This document shows, in pieces, positions 62,465 to 64,000 of a stretch of DNA of 64,000 nt (its first letter is position 1; every line of letters begins with the position of its first letter). The notes under the pieces were generated by a model. It ran no database searches and was not told the origin of the DNA. It saw only the letters and a list, made by a program, of their open reading frames with translations. Source of the DNA: Camelus dromedarius (taxonomy: Eukaryota); NCBI RefSeq assembly GCF_036321535.1, contig NC_087437.1, positions 63,490,001 through 63,554,000 on the forward strand, given 5' to 3'. The position numbers and the translations under genes are program-made.

Positions 62465-62788
62465 CAGGAGTCAAGAAAGGTTATCTATAAAAGGCCAGTT
62501 GCAGCTTTGCAGGCCACAGTCTCTGTCACAGCTACTCAAGTCTGCTGTTGTTGTGCAAAGCGCAGCCAGAGACAATACATAAGTGAGTGAGTGTGGCTGT
62601 GTTGCAATACAACTTTATTTATGAATACAAATGTGAATTTCATATAATTTTCACACATGTCATGAAATATTATCCCTTTGATTTTTTTCCATCATTTAAA
62701 ATATGTAGAAGTATTCTTAGCTCTCCAGCTATACAAAAACTGGCTGCAGGTGGGATTTGGCACACGAGCAGAAGTTTGCTGACCTGTG
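62465..62788 (+). mobile_element. hAT-Charlie MITE (MER58B-like)
   Basis: gctttgcaggccacagtctctgtcacagctactcaa...gtgtggctgtgttgcaatacaactttattta...agtttgctgacc motifs. Confidence 0.8.
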
Positions 62789-64000
62789 GTCTATACCTCT
62801 CCAGACTGAAAAGCAACCCACATTCTTATTCTTGGTGAATCTTGGCATTTTCACACTCTCCCCACTAGAGGGCGATCGTGCACAAATCAGGGACCCTTGG
62901 CCTCCCCCTCTGGTCTTACCAGTCTTGGAGCTGGGCATTCTGTGTCGCCCAATTCTGAATGCCCTGGGCCAAGAGCTCCTTTCTGGGGCCACCATTCTAC
63001 CCCCTGCTTGTGGACCGATATGAGTCATTTTCCAGTGAAAGGAGAGCTCTCAAACAGCTTGTCGGCACAAGTTTCGACATTAGAGGCACTTTGACGGCAG
63101 TTATGGAATGTACTGGTATTCTCAAGGAGGAGAGGTTTTAGGGTGTCATTTTCACACACAGTCACACATACACACACAGAACGGTGTCCAGTCCTCTCAG
63201 TAGCCGGCCCCTGGCCCCTGGCTCTCCCAGCCCCCAGCCCCACTTTTATGAAGTGCAGTCAGGCCAGTGGAATCTCTCCCCTCTGGCCCTATGGCTTGCT
63301 TGGCAGGCTCTGCTAGACTGTCATGGAGACGTGAAGTGTTGCTATGTGCAGAAGAAAACACTGCATTGCAGGGAGAGGACCTCTTTCTGTACTTTGTCCC
63401 TTTCCCACTGTGCACCCCCAGTTTTATGAAGTGCAAACCAGGACCCTGGGGCTGACAAAGGAAGAAACTGACAGTTGCTTCCTATATGGTGAACAGTCAC
63501 ATTCCTGCTCTAAGGCCAGAATCTTCAGTAATGAGATTTTTTCTTTTCCTGGAAATGAAAGCCCACATCCTGGAATGATAAGTCCCAGGAACATACAGCA
63601 TTAAGGAAACCACTGAATTTCATAGCACACACTTCTATCTCCACAAAGGATTTTATGTGACCTGAATAAAGGGCCTCTCATGCAAGGGTCTCTTGGAAGA
63701 AGGGGCCAGAGTCGTTTTTAGTTCCCTGTGTTTATCTGTTCTATGAATCCTAAAACGTACTCATTGCAGCATCAGGTTGAGGGTGCACAATTGCCTCTGA
63801 TACATATCAACAGTGGGAAATGGGATGATTGTTTCTAGAGACATCTAAAAGGAGCCAGGAGCCTCATGTTCAGTCTAGGGGAGTGGGCTATGGGCCAGAT
63901 GACCCTGTTAAGATTCTTTCCAGGCTCAGAATTCTGTGAAATCTAGGATGTGGATTTGGGGACTCTTTATTTAAACAAAATGCACAGAACTATGTCCCTT

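Noticed and set aside
63238..63442. Direct repeat ttttatgaagtgca at 63244 and 63422
   Set aside because: Short, resembles decayed MIR-core sequence, and no recognisable insert between the copies
1..64000. A previously undescribed multi-gene system, CRISPR-like array or prokaryotic-style operon
   Set aside because: All convincing coding signal is explained by spliced MYLK exons, L1 ORFs and one retrocopy; no regularly spaced repeat-spacer array or novel intact ORF was seen

Overview
Mammalian intron-rich genomic DNA, probably camelid (tRNA-derived SINEs resembling Vic-1 and a young L1 family; species is inferred, not proven). The whole window lies inside MYLK (myosin light chain kinase, long non-muscle isoform region) on the + strand. 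Eight coding exons with canonical AG/GT ends and consistent phases were traced (35521-35728, 48251-48299, 49233-49398, 50374-50539, 52312-52330, 53538-54055, 54599-54805, 61159-61293; equivalent to human exons 5-12 as I recall the numbering). They encode the N-terminal Ig domains and the Pro/Ser-rich linker. Neither the ATG exon nor the kinase exons are in the window. The rest is intron packed with L1, SINE, MIR, L2/CR1, MLT LTR and DNA-transposon relics. I found no evidence of a new biological system. The best non-obvious observations are: a decayed COA5 retrocopy on the - strand that the ORF track misses, carrying an unexplained 67-nt segment; a young L1 with a 44-nt twin-priming 5' inversion, nested in a SINE that sits in a MIR; two near-identical young L1s in direct orientation bracketing seven exons; a 53-bp local duplication 3 kb apart; and several candidate enhancer motif clusters. 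Repeat family names and human protein comparisons are from memory and need RepeatMasker/BLAST confirmation.
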